A DNA stretch of 64,000 nt. Source: a virus (Duplodnaviria; Caudoviricetes). The notes under the pieces are model-generated. The model was given only the letters and a program-made list of their open reading frames with translations. It was not told the origin of the DNA and did no database searches. The translations under genes and the position numbers were made by a program. Below are positions 46,850 through 57,547 of the stretch, one piece after another; the stretch's first letter is position 1, and every line of letters starts with the position of its first letter. Location: positions 13,819 through 77,818 of IMG/VR virus record IMGVR_UViG_3300031998_000051, one strand, 5' to 3'.

Positions 46850-47255
46850 GCTGAGTAAGGCCGAGCGCGTTCGGAAATTCGGTGAGGTATTTACGCCCGA
46901 TTGGATGGTATCAAGAATGTGCGATTTGCTGGAAGAAGAATCTCCGGGAGCGTTTGCGCCAGACAAGACATTCCTTGAACCGACCTGCGGCGACGGTGCG
47001 TTCGTGGTGGAAATCCTCCGTAGGAAGTTTGAACGGTGCAGCTGCCGGGAGGATTTTACCACCGCGATCAGCAGCGTGTATGGGCTTGAGATACAGGCCG
47101 ATAATGTCGCTGAATGTATCCGGCGCGTGACAGCGCTTTGCGTACAGTATTTTAAGCCGACCAAGGAAGAATTGCAGATCATCAACGACCATTACATCAT
47201 GTGCGACAGTCTGAAGGTTATGAGGATGATGAGCGATGAGCGGTTACAATCCTGA
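46839..47255 (+). CDS. Truncated N6 methyltransferase-like protein (SAM-binding half only)
   Basis: GEVFTP.W.V..M.DLL, FLEPTCGDGAF, VYGLEIQ; ends before any NPPY motif. Confidence 0.7.
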   Translation: MGSRLSKAERVRKFGEVFTPDWMVSRMCDLLEEESPGAFAPDKTFLEPTCGDGAFVVEILRRKFERCSCREDFTTAISSVYGLEIQADNVAECIRRVTALCVQYFKPTKEELQIINDHYIMCDSLKVMRMMSDERLQS

Positions 47256-47751
47256 AAGAGCGAAAGCGCGACGAGATGCGCGAAGAGAGCAAGGTATCTG
47301 TACGACGTGCGGAAAACGACCGGCATTCGGACATTTCGTTCAATGTCCATATTGCATAGAGAAAGGCGCATTGTATAACGCCAGATCTCATATCAAAAAT
47401 CGTGAAAAGATAAATGAACGACAGCGTGAGAATCGGCGTAAAGTTATTGATGCTGGTATTTGTCCATGTTGCCGCAAACCAAATCCTGATACTTCCAGAG
47501 TTTGGTGCCCTAAGTGCCGAGCAAAAGCTCATGCACAATTTATACGCAATTATGTTCACAAGGTCAGGCCAGACGGCATTTGCTTACGATGTAACAGACC
47601 AACTGAACCAGGACGTAAACTGTGTGAAGTGCATCGGATGATGGCAGCAGAAGCCGGACAAAAAGGCAGGGATGCGCAGAACAGAAGCAAACACCCTTGG
47701 AGACTGGATGAGGATATCAGACGAACTATAATAAGGGAGCGTGGTAACTGA
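47236..47751 (+). CDS. GxCxxC Zn-ribbon repeat protein
   Basis: GICTTCG, GICPCC and GICLRC repeats. Confidence 0.7.
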   Translation: MSGYNPERAKARRDARREQGICTTCGKRPAFGHFVQCPYCIEKGALYNARSHIKNREKINERQRENRRKVIDAGICPCCRKPNPDTSRVWCPKCRAKAHAQFIRNYVHKVRPDGICLRCNRPTEPGRKLCEVHRMMAAEAGQKGRDAQNRSKHPWRLDEDIRRTIIRERGN

Positions 47752-48278
47752 TGATCTGGGGCAATGAACGACTTAAAGACCTACTGAAGCACGGAATGAT
47801 AATGGGTGGCGATGAGGCGCTTGTGAATCCGGCATCCATCAATCTGCGACTTGGCGACAGCTTCATCAAGCCGATTCCCGGCAACACTGTGGAGCTGGGC
47901 GGTGAGATGAAATATATGCCGGTGATGAAACAATCGGACGGCACCACAATTATCATGCCGGGTGAATTCATGCTTGCCACCACGATGGAACATGTATCCG
48001 TGCCGGTGAACTGCGCGGCATTCGTCCAGGGTCGGTCATCCATTGGACGCATCGGATTGATGGTGCAGAATGCGGGATTCGTGGATCCCGGATTTACTGG
48101 ACATATTACTTTGGAGCTGAAGAATGACAGCCCCTGCGCCATCGTGCTGAAACCGGGTTATCCAGTAGCACAGCTGATTTTCATGGACGCCGTGGATGTT
48201 TCCGAAGGATATAAGGGCAAGTATCAGAATCAGGTCGAAGCGACCGGGAGCAGGATGTACCTTGACAATATAGCATAA
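47751..48278 (+). CDS. dcd: dCTP deaminase
   Basis: VNPASINLRLG, GRSSIGRIGL, AGFVDPGFTGHITLEL, VAQL.F, KYQNQ. Confidence 0.92.
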   Translation: MIWGNERLKDLLKHGMIMGGDEALVNPASINLRLGDSFIKPIPGNTVELGGEMKYMPVMKQSDGTTIIMPGEFMLATTMEHVSVPVNCAAFVQGRSSIGRIGLMVQNAGFVDPGFTGHITLELKNDSPCAIVLKPGYPVAQLIFMDAVDVSEGYKGKYQNQVEATGSRMYLDNIA

Positions 48279-48291
48279 GAAGGGTGAGAGA

Positions 48292-48723
48292 ATGATCGGT
48301 TCGCTTGTTGAAATGGCAAACATGAAACCCGAAGTTACTGACTTTACCATCGACGGTCATTGTTCACAGTGCGGTGCTTGCTGTTCCGATTATCTCCCGA
48401 TATCTCATGAGGAATTGGATCGGATCCGCGCTTATGTCAGGAAGCATAACCTTCATGAGCATAAATCAGTGATGATGACTGGCAACTACCTGGACGCGAC
48501 CTGTCCGTTTCGGGACAACGTAAGGAAGTGTTGTGACATCTACGAGGTAAGGCCGGAAATCTGCCGTTGTTTTCAGTGCAATCAGGGCATAGACGTTATC
48601 AAGGCAAACAAGGCGCTTATGCACCAGAAGAACAAGCCTATATCTCTGCGCGGCGAGATTTTCGGCAATCAGGCCGCAAAGACCTATGGTATGTTCCTCG
48701 GCGCTGTCCTTGGATTATGCTGA
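48292..48723 (+). CDS. YkgJ-like Fe-S cluster protein
   Basis: CSQCGACC, CPF.....CDIYEVRPEICR.F.C. Confidence 0.8.
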   Translation: MIGSLVEMANMKPEVTDFTIDGHCSQCGACCSDYLPISHEELDRIRAYVRKHNLHEHKSVMMTGNYLDATCPFRDNVRKCCDIYEVRPEICRCFQCNQGIDVIKANKALMHQKNKPISLRGEIFGNQAAKTYGMFLGAVLGLC

Positions 48724-48739
48724 TGGAGGTGTTGATACC

Positions 48740-49231
48740 TTGAAAGATCCTCGTGAAGTAATACTTGATTTCATCGCCCGCTTTAAGGGCAGCGAAGAAG
48801 TGTTTTTACATGGCTGCTGTTACTGGTTTGCCAGGATTCTCGAAGAGCGTTTCTATTCGCATCCAGGCGCTGAAATCAAGTATGAGCCGGTTGAAGGGCA
48901 TTTCATCACAAAGATCGATTATAGGTATTACGATGTTCGCGGCGATGTGACGGAATGCTATCGCGGAAAGCCAATGTATGACCTGTATGAGCTTCACAGA
49001 GATCACTGCAAGTATTATGATCACCTGATGCGCGATTGCAGAGATTTTGCGGAGGATGAAGATGAGAAGAATACTGATGTTTTCGCACTGTTGAAAGCGC
49101 AGGATCCAATAAATCCTGAGCGCAGTGGTAAGGGAACGTATTGGTATTACTGCTGTGGTAACTGTGGACAGCCTCTTGATCCGGGTGATCCGTTTTGTCG
49201 GAAGTGCGGAAGGGCGGTGAAATGGGAATGA
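48740..49231 (+). CDS. Hypothetical protein with LLKAQ motif and C-terminal Zn ribbon
   Basis: GGAGGTG RBS, TTG start; HGCCYWFA; CGNCG...FCRKCGRAVKW. Confidence 0.6.
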   Translation: MKDPREVILDFIARFKGSEEVFLHGCCYWFARILEERFYSHPGAEIKYEPVEGHFITKIDYRYYDVRGDVTECYRGKPMYDLYELHRDHCKYYDHLMRDCRDFAEDEDEKNTDVFALLKAQDPINPERSGKGTYWYYCCGNCGQPLDPGDPFCRKCGRAVKWE

Positions 49232-50873
49232 CTGAACAGCAATTACGAGCGCGAGTAATCGCAGGGCTTGAATGGATGGCTGAATCGCACATAGGGGTAG
49301 AAAAAAGGATAGCGGATGAAGCTCTTGCCTTACTGAAAGCACAGGAACCGAGGTTGATTACCTACGACGAACTAAAAGCCATCGATAGAACTGACAACAC
49401 CGTCTATGTCGAGCGCCGGACAAAAACCTTTTATAATGAGGTGGCATTTGTCGCCATCGAAAAGGTTTACGGCGATACTATCACATTCAACGGCCAGAAA
49501 AGCATATTTGGACACAGCAAGAAGGATTACGGCAAGACCTGGCGCTGCTGGACATCCCGCCCATCGAAGGAAGAAATGGAGGCGACACCGTGGAACTGAG
49601 CATTATTTCGGAAAAATTGGAAGATATTCGGAATTACTTAGACGTTGAGCTTCATCCAGTTGTTTCGCCTGACAGATGGGATGTCTATTCTGAATTGCGT
49701 GATATGGTGGATGACATTATCGCCCTGCTGAAAGCGCAGGAGCCGCGAGTGATGACGCTGGAAGAAATAGACAACAGGCTTGCCGAATCCAGCGAAGAGT
49801 ATAATAAGATTTTTTGGGCCGAGGTAAAGAGCCGGACAAGATACTCTTTTGGAGTTTTTCAACTGAGCATATTAGACGATGATGATTACGAAGCGCTTTT
49901 GCTTGGGTGTTCATGGTCTGCATTGTACAGGAGATCATCCTATGGTATTAGGTGGCGCTGCTGGACATCCCGCCCGACCGACGAGCAGCGAAAGGAGGCG
50001 AGGTGGGATGAATAACCATCGCTATCCGAAGGAAAAGTATGACAATCTGAATATGCCGAACGGTGATATGAGCGATGTGTCATACTCGGCAGTTAGTAGC
50101 CATCTTGTGAAAACGATAAAGGACACGAAGTGTGTTTACTGTTTTGCGCCGATTCCGAAAGGCGATTTTGCCCTATCCGAAAAAGGCTTTATTGATCGTA
50201 AACCGTATCTGGTGCATTACTGCATGGATTGTGTAGATGACATTATTGACGGACAGGAAGGCAAGATTGACTACGCAGAGATAGGATACAACAAGTGGGC
50301 AGAACGATATGAAAAGTACACACAAGCCCAACGTGAGTACGAAGCTGCCGTTGAAATGACTGAATATTGTGCGCGGTATGAACCAACTTACAATCCAGAA
50401 GATGGGAGTATGTGATTATGCGATTCACAGATGAGATGATCGCCGAGGATGAGAAGCGATGGCATGCGCGGGATGTTGTGATGGAGCTGGACTATTGTTC
50501 AACCTATATGCGTGACCGTAAGGATATAACCAATCTGGATATTCGGTTCTATGCCTATATCATGCGGAAGGCACGAGATCTGTTGAAAGCGCAGGAGCCG
50601 CGCGTGATGACTTGGCGGGAAACTATTGGTGCCGCGTTAGAGTGTAAGCCAGTCTACATCGAAGTGAAGGACAACGAGGATAAAGAACCGGGCGATGACA
50701 GGTGGGCTATGGTGACGCAGTATAAGGATAATATGACAAACGGCATGATTCGTGCAATGTCATCTTATATTACAAGCGAAATACTGTTTGCGGAAAACTA
50801 CGGCGAGACATGGCGCTGCTGGTCATCCAAACCAAACAAATCGCAGAAGGAGGCGAAACCGTGGGAAGGCTGA
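49228..50873 (+). CDS. Three cassette-family paralogs (49228-49599, 49590-50015, 50412-50873) and one hypothetical (50008-50415)
   Basis: Each paralog has LLKAQEPR.(M/I)T and YG..WRCW.S.P...Q/E.EA..W. Confidence 0.75.
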
Positions 50874-51169
50874 TTGATGCTGACACGTTGAAGCCTTTAC
50901 TCAGAAAACAGTATGACCATTACAGATACCGCCCAGATGACTTTGCAATAGGAGTGTGTACAGGGTTGGTGAATGCGATGGAGGAGCTTGATGCCGCGCC
51001 TGCCGTGGATGCCGCGCCAGTGGTACATGGGAGATGGATAAAGCCTGAGCAGAGCCTGTGGACAATGGCCGATTGTTCGGTATGCGGGGAAATGAGCATT
51101 GTTGCCAATACTGCAAAATACTGCCCACATTGTGGGGCGAAGATGGACATTCGCTCCACAAACGGGTAA
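50861..51169 (+). CDS. Common phage hypothetical protein (LIDAD...HGRW...Zn ribbon)
   Basis: RLIDAD, AAPVVHGRWI, CSVCG, YCPHCGAKMD. Confidence 0.7.
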   Translation: MGRLIDADTLKPLLRKQYDHYRYRPDDFAIGVCTGLVNAMEELDAAPAVDAAPVVHGRWIKPEQSLWTMADCSVCGEMSIVANTAKYCPHCGAKMDIRSTNG

Positions 51170-51209
51170 AGGGAGGCGAAACCGTGGGCAGGATGACAGA
51201 AGGTGCAGA

Positions 51210-51419
51210 ATGGATAAGCTGAAACCGTGTCCTTTCTGTGGAAATGATGATGTTACGCTGATGACGCGCAGGGGAAAAGATGGATGGCGCGACAGGTTCT
51301 TCGTCCTGTGCGATTATAACAATGGAGGATGTGGAGCTTCTGGAGAGTGGTGTCATTATCCTGAAGAAGCGGTTGATGCGTGGAACAGGAGGGCGCATGA
51401 GCAAACAGGGGATAAATGA
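51210..51419 (+). CDS. Lar-family restriction alleviation protein
   Basis: KLKPCPFCG...VLC.....GCGA......EEAVDAWNRRA. Confidence 0.75.
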   Translation: MDKLKPCPFCGNDDVTLMTRRGKDGWRDRFFVLCDYNNGGCGASGEWCHYPEEAVDAWNRRAHEQTGDK

Positions 51420-51828
51420 ATGCGAAAATGTGGACTGGCTGCGACTGCTCGGCAATAACGGCTGGCAATGGGATTCGCAGAAGTCCTATGATGAAGAATA
51501 CAGCTTTTATGAGGCAAAGATCCTCGGCTGGAGTTATGATGTCGGTTGTTGGGCGAGAGTGTCGGACAATTACAAGGGTGAAATGGCAAGTGGCGACTAT
51601 GGCGTCGCTTGGATAGAGTGTGATGTCTCCACGTACACCAGCGCAGAGTATCTTTCGATAAACGATGCTCGTGAGATCATTTGTGCCATCGAAAATGCAG
51701 AGGCAAACCTTCTAAAATGTGGAGTGCCGTTTGTCAGAGGGTACAAGTTTAACGGCAAGAACGCTTCAAACAAGGCGCGACGCAATGTCGCTCTACGCAG
51801 GAAGTTGGGACTGGACAAGGATGAATGA
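51397..51828 (+). CDS. Hypothetical protein
   Basis: 143-aa ORF with GGAGG RBS. Confidence 0.55.
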   Translation: MSKQGINECENVDWLRLLGNNGWQWDSQKSYDEEYSFYEAKILGWSYDVGCWARVSDNYKGEMASGDYGVAWIECDVSTYTSAEYLSINDAREIICAIENAEANLLKCGVPFVRGYKFNGKNASNKARRNVALRRKLGLDKDE

Positions 51829-51858
51829 GCGTGGACGAGAAAAAAAGGAGTGCAAAAA

Positions 51859-52509
51859 ATGAATTTGAAAAAGGGTAGCAAAGGCGCAGATGTGAAGGCC
51901 GTTCAGACTAAACTGAAGGAGCTGGAATTCTTTTCCGGCTCCGTGGATGGCATATTCGGCTCCAATACCGAGAAGGCCGTCAAGGCATTTCAGAAGAGCG
52001 CCGGCCTTACTGCCGATGGCATTGCTGGACCCAAGACCATCGCGGCGCTGGACATAGATGCCGGAAAAGCACAGGAACAGAGCACCACAGATGACATGGT
52101 TCATGGCACCGCCAAGAATATGGACTGGTGGACAAGCGACATCCAGAAGATATTCGCCGTCGGCGTGATCGCCACTATCACGGACGTGGATACTGGGATC
52201 AGTTGGAAAGAGAAGCGATTTGCCGGGAAGAACCACGCCGACATCCAGCCTCTCACGAAAGCGGACACCGCAAAGCTCAAGAAGGTATATGGCCACTGGT
52301 CATGGAAGCGCCGGGCGGTATTCGTGACGATCAACGGCGAGAACTATGCCGCATCCATCCACGGGATGCCACACGGTGGGAGCAACCTCAGCAACAACTT
52401 CCCTGGTCATCACTGCTGCCATTTCCTGAATAGCCGGACACATGGTTCGAATAAAGTCGATGCGAACCATCAGAAGATGGTCGCTAAGGCCGCAAAGGCG
52501 AAGCTGTAG
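51859..52509 (+). CDS. Peptidoglycan-binding-domain protein with uncharacterised His/Cys C-terminal domain
   Basis: [17 protein letters not shown]...[14 protein letters not shown]...[12 protein letters not shown]; C-terminal GMPHG...GHHCCHF...TH. Confidence 0.8.
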   Translation: MNLKKGSKGADVKAVQTKLKELEFFSGSVDGIFGSNTEKAVKAFQKSAGLTADGIAGPKTIAALDIDAGKAQEQSTTDDMVHGTAKNMDWWTSDIQKIFAVGVIATITDVDTGISWKEKRFAGKNHADIQPLTKADTAKLKKVYGHWSWKRRAVFVTINGENYAASIHGMPHGGSNLSNNFPGHHCCHFLNSRTHGSNKVDANHQKMVAKAAKAKL

Positions 52510-52517
52510 GCACAATC

Positions 52518-53312
52518 ATGGGGCGTGATTTCAAGCTGAAAAGCAAGACGTGCAAAGAGCGGTACAACTGGTACAAGGATCGCGGCATTTGTACGACTTG
52601 TGGGAGAGTTTGGTCAGAACCCGGCAAAGTGCGCTGCAAGGCTTGTGAGGCGAAGATTGTTGCCGCTCACGAAAAGCGGCGCGAGGAACACAGACAGGCC
52701 AAACAGGAACAGCGGCAGCAGCGGATCGCCGCCGGGATCTGTACGGAATGCAGCAAGCGACCTGCGACGGAGGGAATGAGGATGTGCCCTCGCTGCCGCG
52801 CAATGAGGAACGACAGCACCAGGGAGTACAAGATCGAGAAGCGCATCGAGAGGGATGTGCGGGAAGCGAGGAAAAAAATGAGTTTTTACAACGCATTATT
52901 CGGTTTCAGCCCTGCATGCGTTTTTATCATGCCGATGCTTGGCAGGAAGCAGGATGAATGGCCACGATTCCGCGATTGCTTAATCACCGAGGATAAGAAC
53001 ATAGCCATATACACCCGCGTAGGCGGCAACAACCGCAACTGCGGATATGGCGAAGAAAAGCTCTATAAGGACGAAAACTTCATCCGAACCTACGATGACG
53101 ATTTCGATAACACCTACGCCACCTATGAGTTCAAGGTTCCGGAGAGATGGAAAGACGATTTTGAGAAGCTCACCAATGGCCATGCAGAAGATGTATCTGA
53201 CGAGTATGTCGCCATGCTTGAAGAATTCTTTCCGAAACTGGCAGAATCCGGGACGCTGAAAAAGATTCTTCGCCCTTCTGAACATGAGGAGGTGGAGGAG
53301 CAGGATGGATAA
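52518..53312 (+). CDS. Zn-ribbon repeat protein fused in frame to a second hypothetical domain starting MSFYNALFG
   Basis: GICTTCG and GICTECS repeats; internal ATG at 52879 after an A-run. Confidence 0.6.
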   Translation: MGRDFKLKSKTCKERYNWYKDRGICTTCGRVWSEPGKVRCKACEAKIVAAHEKRREEHRQAKQEQRQQRIAAGICTECSKRPATEGMRMCPRCRAMRNDSTREYKIEKRIERDVREARKKMSFYNALFGFSPACVFIMPMLGRKQDEWPRFRDCLITEDKNIAIYTRVGGNNRNCGYGEEKLYKDENFIRTYDDDFDNTYATYEFKVPERWKDDFEKLTNGHAEDVSDEYVAMLEEFFPKLAESGTLKKILRPSEHEEVEEQDG

Positions 53313-53942
53313 GCTGAAAGCTCTCGAATGGTTCCTCCGGCGGCGCTCAATGGGTTTATCCGACAGATGTCAAGAAGCCGAGGATGTGGCAATAGAAGCA
53401 ATAAGAGCCATAATTGCACAGGAACCAAGGGTGATGGAATTCAGTGAGATCATGGCTATCTATAATGCCGATCCTTTTCATGTATGGCCGTACAATACGC
53501 CACCATTCCTGTACATCCAGGAACATCCACATGTTCGACATAGCAGTGAATCGTGGGCAGCGTGGCGAGAAATCAAGGATATCATCGAGGGAGAATTGTT
53601 TGGTCACACAGCTAAAAGCTACGGCGTAACGTGGCGCTGCTGGAATAGGAAACCCACCAATGAGCTGAGAGAGGCGGTGAAGTGGGAATGAATGATTTCT
53701 TGGTGTTCATTGACAAGCTGATAAACTACTTTCCTGTTCATGTGGAAATCCATTACAGCAAAATTGTGGACTGGTGCATTCGTGTCACGAAGGTTGGATG
53801 CGCATCGGACTACCCGGAAAGCGATCACATCGACAATGATGCTATCTTGTGCGACGTGCAGGATTGCGATATGGAGTTGGCCTTCGCCAGAGCACATGTC
53901 GCTGTTAAGGATTGGTTGCTCCGTTTCAACGATGGTTATTGA
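53305..53942 (+). CDS. Cassette-family paralog (53305-53691) and hypothetical (53688-53942)
   Basis: AQEPRVME and YGVTWRCWNRKPTNELREAVKW. Confidence 0.65.
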
Positions 53943-53956
53943 TTGTGGGAATCAAT

Positions 53957-54646
53957 ATGAAGATTTACGGATTGCAAAAGATGACGCTTCTGGATTATCC
54001 GGGACATCTCGCCTGCACTGTGTTTCTCGGCGATTGCAATATGCGGTGTCCATTCTGCCACAATTATGAGCTGGCGACCAAGCAGATCCAACCGGCGATG
54101 ACACAAGCGTATCTGATGGATTTTCTGAAAGGTCGCAAAGGCAGACTGGATGGCGTGGCGATAACCGGCGGCGAACCGTGTATCAACAACGATCTTCCGA
54201 CATTGCTCCGTGAGATCAAGACGCTCGGCTATAAGATCAAACTTGATACCAATGGGACGAATCCGAATATGCTGCGCAGACTGATTGATTGGAATATGGT
54301 CGATTACGTCGCTATGGACGTGAAGAACAGCCCGGAAAAGTATCCAATCACTACAGGAGTCAGCGGTTTCATTACGCCGGTTCGCAACAGCATTGATTTG
54401 TTGATTCACAGCGGCATTGACTACGAATTCCGCACCACGGTCGTCAATGAGCTGCACACAGAGGAGGACTTCAAGGCGATTGGTGCAATAATCCATGGCG
54501 CGAAACGATACGCCTTACAAGTTTTCACCGACCGGGACACCGTGCCGTATGGCAACTTTCACGCTCCGGGCAAAGAAACATTGATGAAGTATCGGGATAT
54601 TGTAGCTGATCACGTTGGCGAAGTGATAATCCGTGGGCTTGATTAG
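53957..54646 (+). CDS. Anaerobic ribonucleotide reductase activating protein-like radical SAM enzyme (NrdG-like)
   Basis: GLQKMTLLDYPGHLACTVF..CNMRCPFCHN, GVAITGGEP, IKLDTNG, DYVAMDVK, YEFRTT. Confidence 0.85.
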   Translation: MKIYGLQKMTLLDYPGHLACTVFLGDCNMRCPFCHNYELATKQIQPAMTQAYLMDFLKGRKGRLDGVAITGGEPCINNDLPTLLREIKTLGYKIKLDTNGTNPNMLRRLIDWNMVDYVAMDVKNSPEKYPITTGVSGFITPVRNSIDLLIHSGIDYEFRTTVVNELHTEEDFKAIGAIIHGAKRYALQVFTDRDTVPYGNFHAPGKETLMKYRDIVADHVGEVIIRGLD

Positions 54647-54658
54647 GAGGCGGAGATA

Positions 54659-56527
54659 TTGTCGGATGATGTAAAGAAAGCCATTATCGCCATAGAACGG
54701 ATGCAACGCACCGTTAGGCAAGTATATGACCAGGCTTCTGTATGTGGTGATGAAAGGGTTGTAAGAGAAACAACAACGGACTTGGATGGTTTGTCTACTG
54801 CCATAGAATTGCTCGACAATCAGGAAAAGACCATTTCTGAACTGGTTGGTATGCTTGAAAACTTAAGCGGTGAGCTTTATGACAAGTGTTTCAAGCCCAG
54901 AGAAATGACCTGTGATGAGATCGAAAGGCGCTTTACATGGTATGGTCAATTTCCACTATGGTATGACGCGGTAGAGATCCCGGATCCAGTTCCAGTCTTG
55001 TATGTCGGCTTTTCTGCTCCTGGGCTGCCGATGTGCTTTATCGGTGCTACGGGTAAGATCACAGCGAAACGTGAGGATTATGGCGTCAAATGGCAGACGT
55101 GGAATCTACGACCGGCGATCAGATTGAGGAGGAACGAATATGCTGACAACGGAACGTCAGAAAAGAATCTGTAAGAAGTACAGCGCCTATGACGATACCG
55201 GGCATGTACACTGCAAAGAGTGTCCGCTGAACGATGGCCATTATGTTGATATGCCGCCGATGACCTGCAAGGCTTTTATGCACTACGACAGAAAGATAAA
55301 GGAATGGGTTGAAGATGCCGTACAAGGATCCGAAAGTTGATCGGCAATATACTCGGGAACGCTATCACTGGCTGAAGGATCATGGTATTTGTGTGGTCTG
55401 CGCTGCAAATTACAATGAGCCTGGTCATGTATACTGTAAGGCTTGCGCCGCAAAACAGCGGCGCAGTCATTCCACCTATAATCTGACAGTTGATAGAGCC
55501 AAGCGCCAGCGCGAGAAACGAAACGAGCGTATCCGTAACGGGCTGTGTGGTGATTGTGGTCAACCTGTATTTGACGATCATGTCAACTGCTCGAAATGTC
55601 GGGAGAAGCGGAGAGTGATTGAACATATCGCAAGAATCAGGAAACGAATCAGAAGGGAGATAGGATTGTGAATAGTGATATTGAAGTTGAACTGAAGGCT
55701 GCGATGGAACGCGCTATCAGTCCGCTGGTAAAGGACATCAATCGATACAAAATGCAGCTCGCGGACAAGGAAGCGTATATCAGTCAGCTATTATCGGAAA
55801 TTGCAGATCTGCGCCACAATCATGAGGACAGCGGATTGAAGCGTGATCAACCGATGAACTGCAAGTATAAGCTGTATCCGATTACCAAGGGACAATTCGC
55901 GGGACAGACGGAAACACAATGGTTTTGTCCATCCTGCCGCATGAGCGTCAGCAACTGGGAAACCTATTGCATCAGCTGCGGTCAGCGGTTGAACCGTAAA
56001 TATCTGCCGGAATTGGAGGTCATGGACGACGATTGGATCGGAGGCGATTGATGTGGCAATGATCGGATTTCATCATGGCGCACTGTGCAAGTCATATGAA
56101 GAACAGGCTAATGAACAGGGATTCACATTAGGCGATAAGGCAGATTTCTTGAATGATCTCGGTTTTAAGCTGGTTTACATCTGGATTCACGGTCTTTTGA
56201 CGGACAGCCAATATGACGCGGCATTGAAGAAACTGCAAAAGCAATTGGTAAAAGCGGCGAAACGCCTGCCGCCGAAGGAGGAAAAACATGAGCGAGAAGA
56301 AGCCGACTAATCCAGTCAAAGCAATCCGTGCTAAGTGCCTGGACTGCTGCTGCGGGCAGATACGCGAGGTGGAGCTGTGTCCGTGCACATGGTGTGCGCT
56401 GTATCCGTTCCGGTTTGGGAAGAATCCGTACAGGACGAAGCGCGAAATGACGGAAGACCAGAGGGCGGCAGCGGCGGACAGGCTGCGCAGAGCACGCGAG
56501 AAGCAGAAGGAGCAGAAGGAGGATTAA
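54659..56527 (+). CDS. Six hypothetical genes (54659-55174 divergent cassette paralog, 55140-55340, 55309-55671 Zn-ribbon repeat, 55668-56051, 56053-56310, 56288-56527)
   Basis: Coupled ORFs; 55309 has GICVVC and GLCGDC repeats; 56288 has KAIRAKCLDCC....C....C.LYPFRFG. Confidence 0.6.
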
Positions 56528-56529
56528 CG

Positions 56530-57087
56530 ATGGCAGAGAAACCAATCCTTTTCAACACCGAAATGGTTCGGGCGATCCTGGATGGCAGGAAGACGCAGAC
56601 GCGGCGGCTATGCAAAGGGCAGCCGCAGGATGGTATCACCAGCCCAGAGACGCTTGGTTATGAGCCTCCATACAAACCCGGCGATATCCTTTGGGTGCGT
56701 GAGACATGGCAACGGATATTTGACGAATCCGGCTGGCACTATGAATACAAAGCCGATCATGAGGACGGACAATTGCAAATTTGCAATACACCTATTGGCT
56801 GGAGGCCGTCCATTCATATGCCGCGTGAAGCAGCTCGGCTGTTCCTGCGCATAATCGATGTTAGAGCAGAACGGCTCCAAGATATGACGCCGGAGGACTG
56901 CATGAATGACGGTAGCTTCAATCAATATGCGGTGAATCTTCTGGGCATTGCACCATTGTTTGGCGCATTGTGGGACAGCACCTTGAAGAATGCCGATATT
57001 CCGAAATACGGATGGTTCGCAAATCCGTTCGTTTGGGTTTATGAATTTGAAAAAATACCGAATGAAGAGGTGATTAAAGATGAATGA
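56530..57087 (+). CDS. ASCH-like phage protein
   Basis: KPILFNTEMVRAILDGRKTQTRR, PGD.LWVRETW, WRPSIHMPREAARLFL, NPFVWVYEF. Confidence 0.8.
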   Translation: MAEKPILFNTEMVRAILDGRKTQTRRLCKGQPQDGITSPETLGYEPPYKPGDILWVRETWQRIFDESGWHYEYKADHEDGQLQICNTPIGWRPSIHMPREAARLFLRIIDVRAERLQDMTPEDCMNDGSFNQYAVNLLGIAPLFGALWDSTLKNADIPKYGWFANPFVWVYEFEKIPNEEVIKDE

Positions 57088-57531
57088 TCCGAAAAGCATC
57101 AACAATGAGCGCAAAGAGGGCGTATGGGTCTATACGACGGTGACGGGCGGCTTGAAATACTGGTATTGCTCCGTCTGCGAAAGCGCCTATCATCGCAAGG
57201 ATCCGCACGACCGCCGATACTGCTATTTTTGTGGTGCTCGTATGAAAAAGGAAGGACAGCTTCACGGATAGTAATACAGGAGTAATAAAACATGAGCAGA
57301 TTCATTGAAGAAGGCAAAGACGAGCACGGCAAATACCTTCTGACCATGTTGGATGATCCTGATTTGTGCAGGCATTTGTATGATGAAGTATGCTGTAATG
57401 CCGATAACCAAGATCGCGTCGGCGATTCCACATGGAAATATGAATGCGTTGCCGGAGCATGTCCCTACTTTGAGATTGAGCCGTTGGATGAACTGGACGC
57501 GCTGCGAAAAGGTGTAAAGACGTACCGTTGA
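57080..57531 (+). CDS. Two small Cys-rich hypothetical genes (57080-57271, 57292-57531)
   Basis: YCSVC...YCYFCGARM; AGGAG RBS. Confidence 0.55.
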
Positions 57532-57547
57532 AATGGAGGATTCTGGC

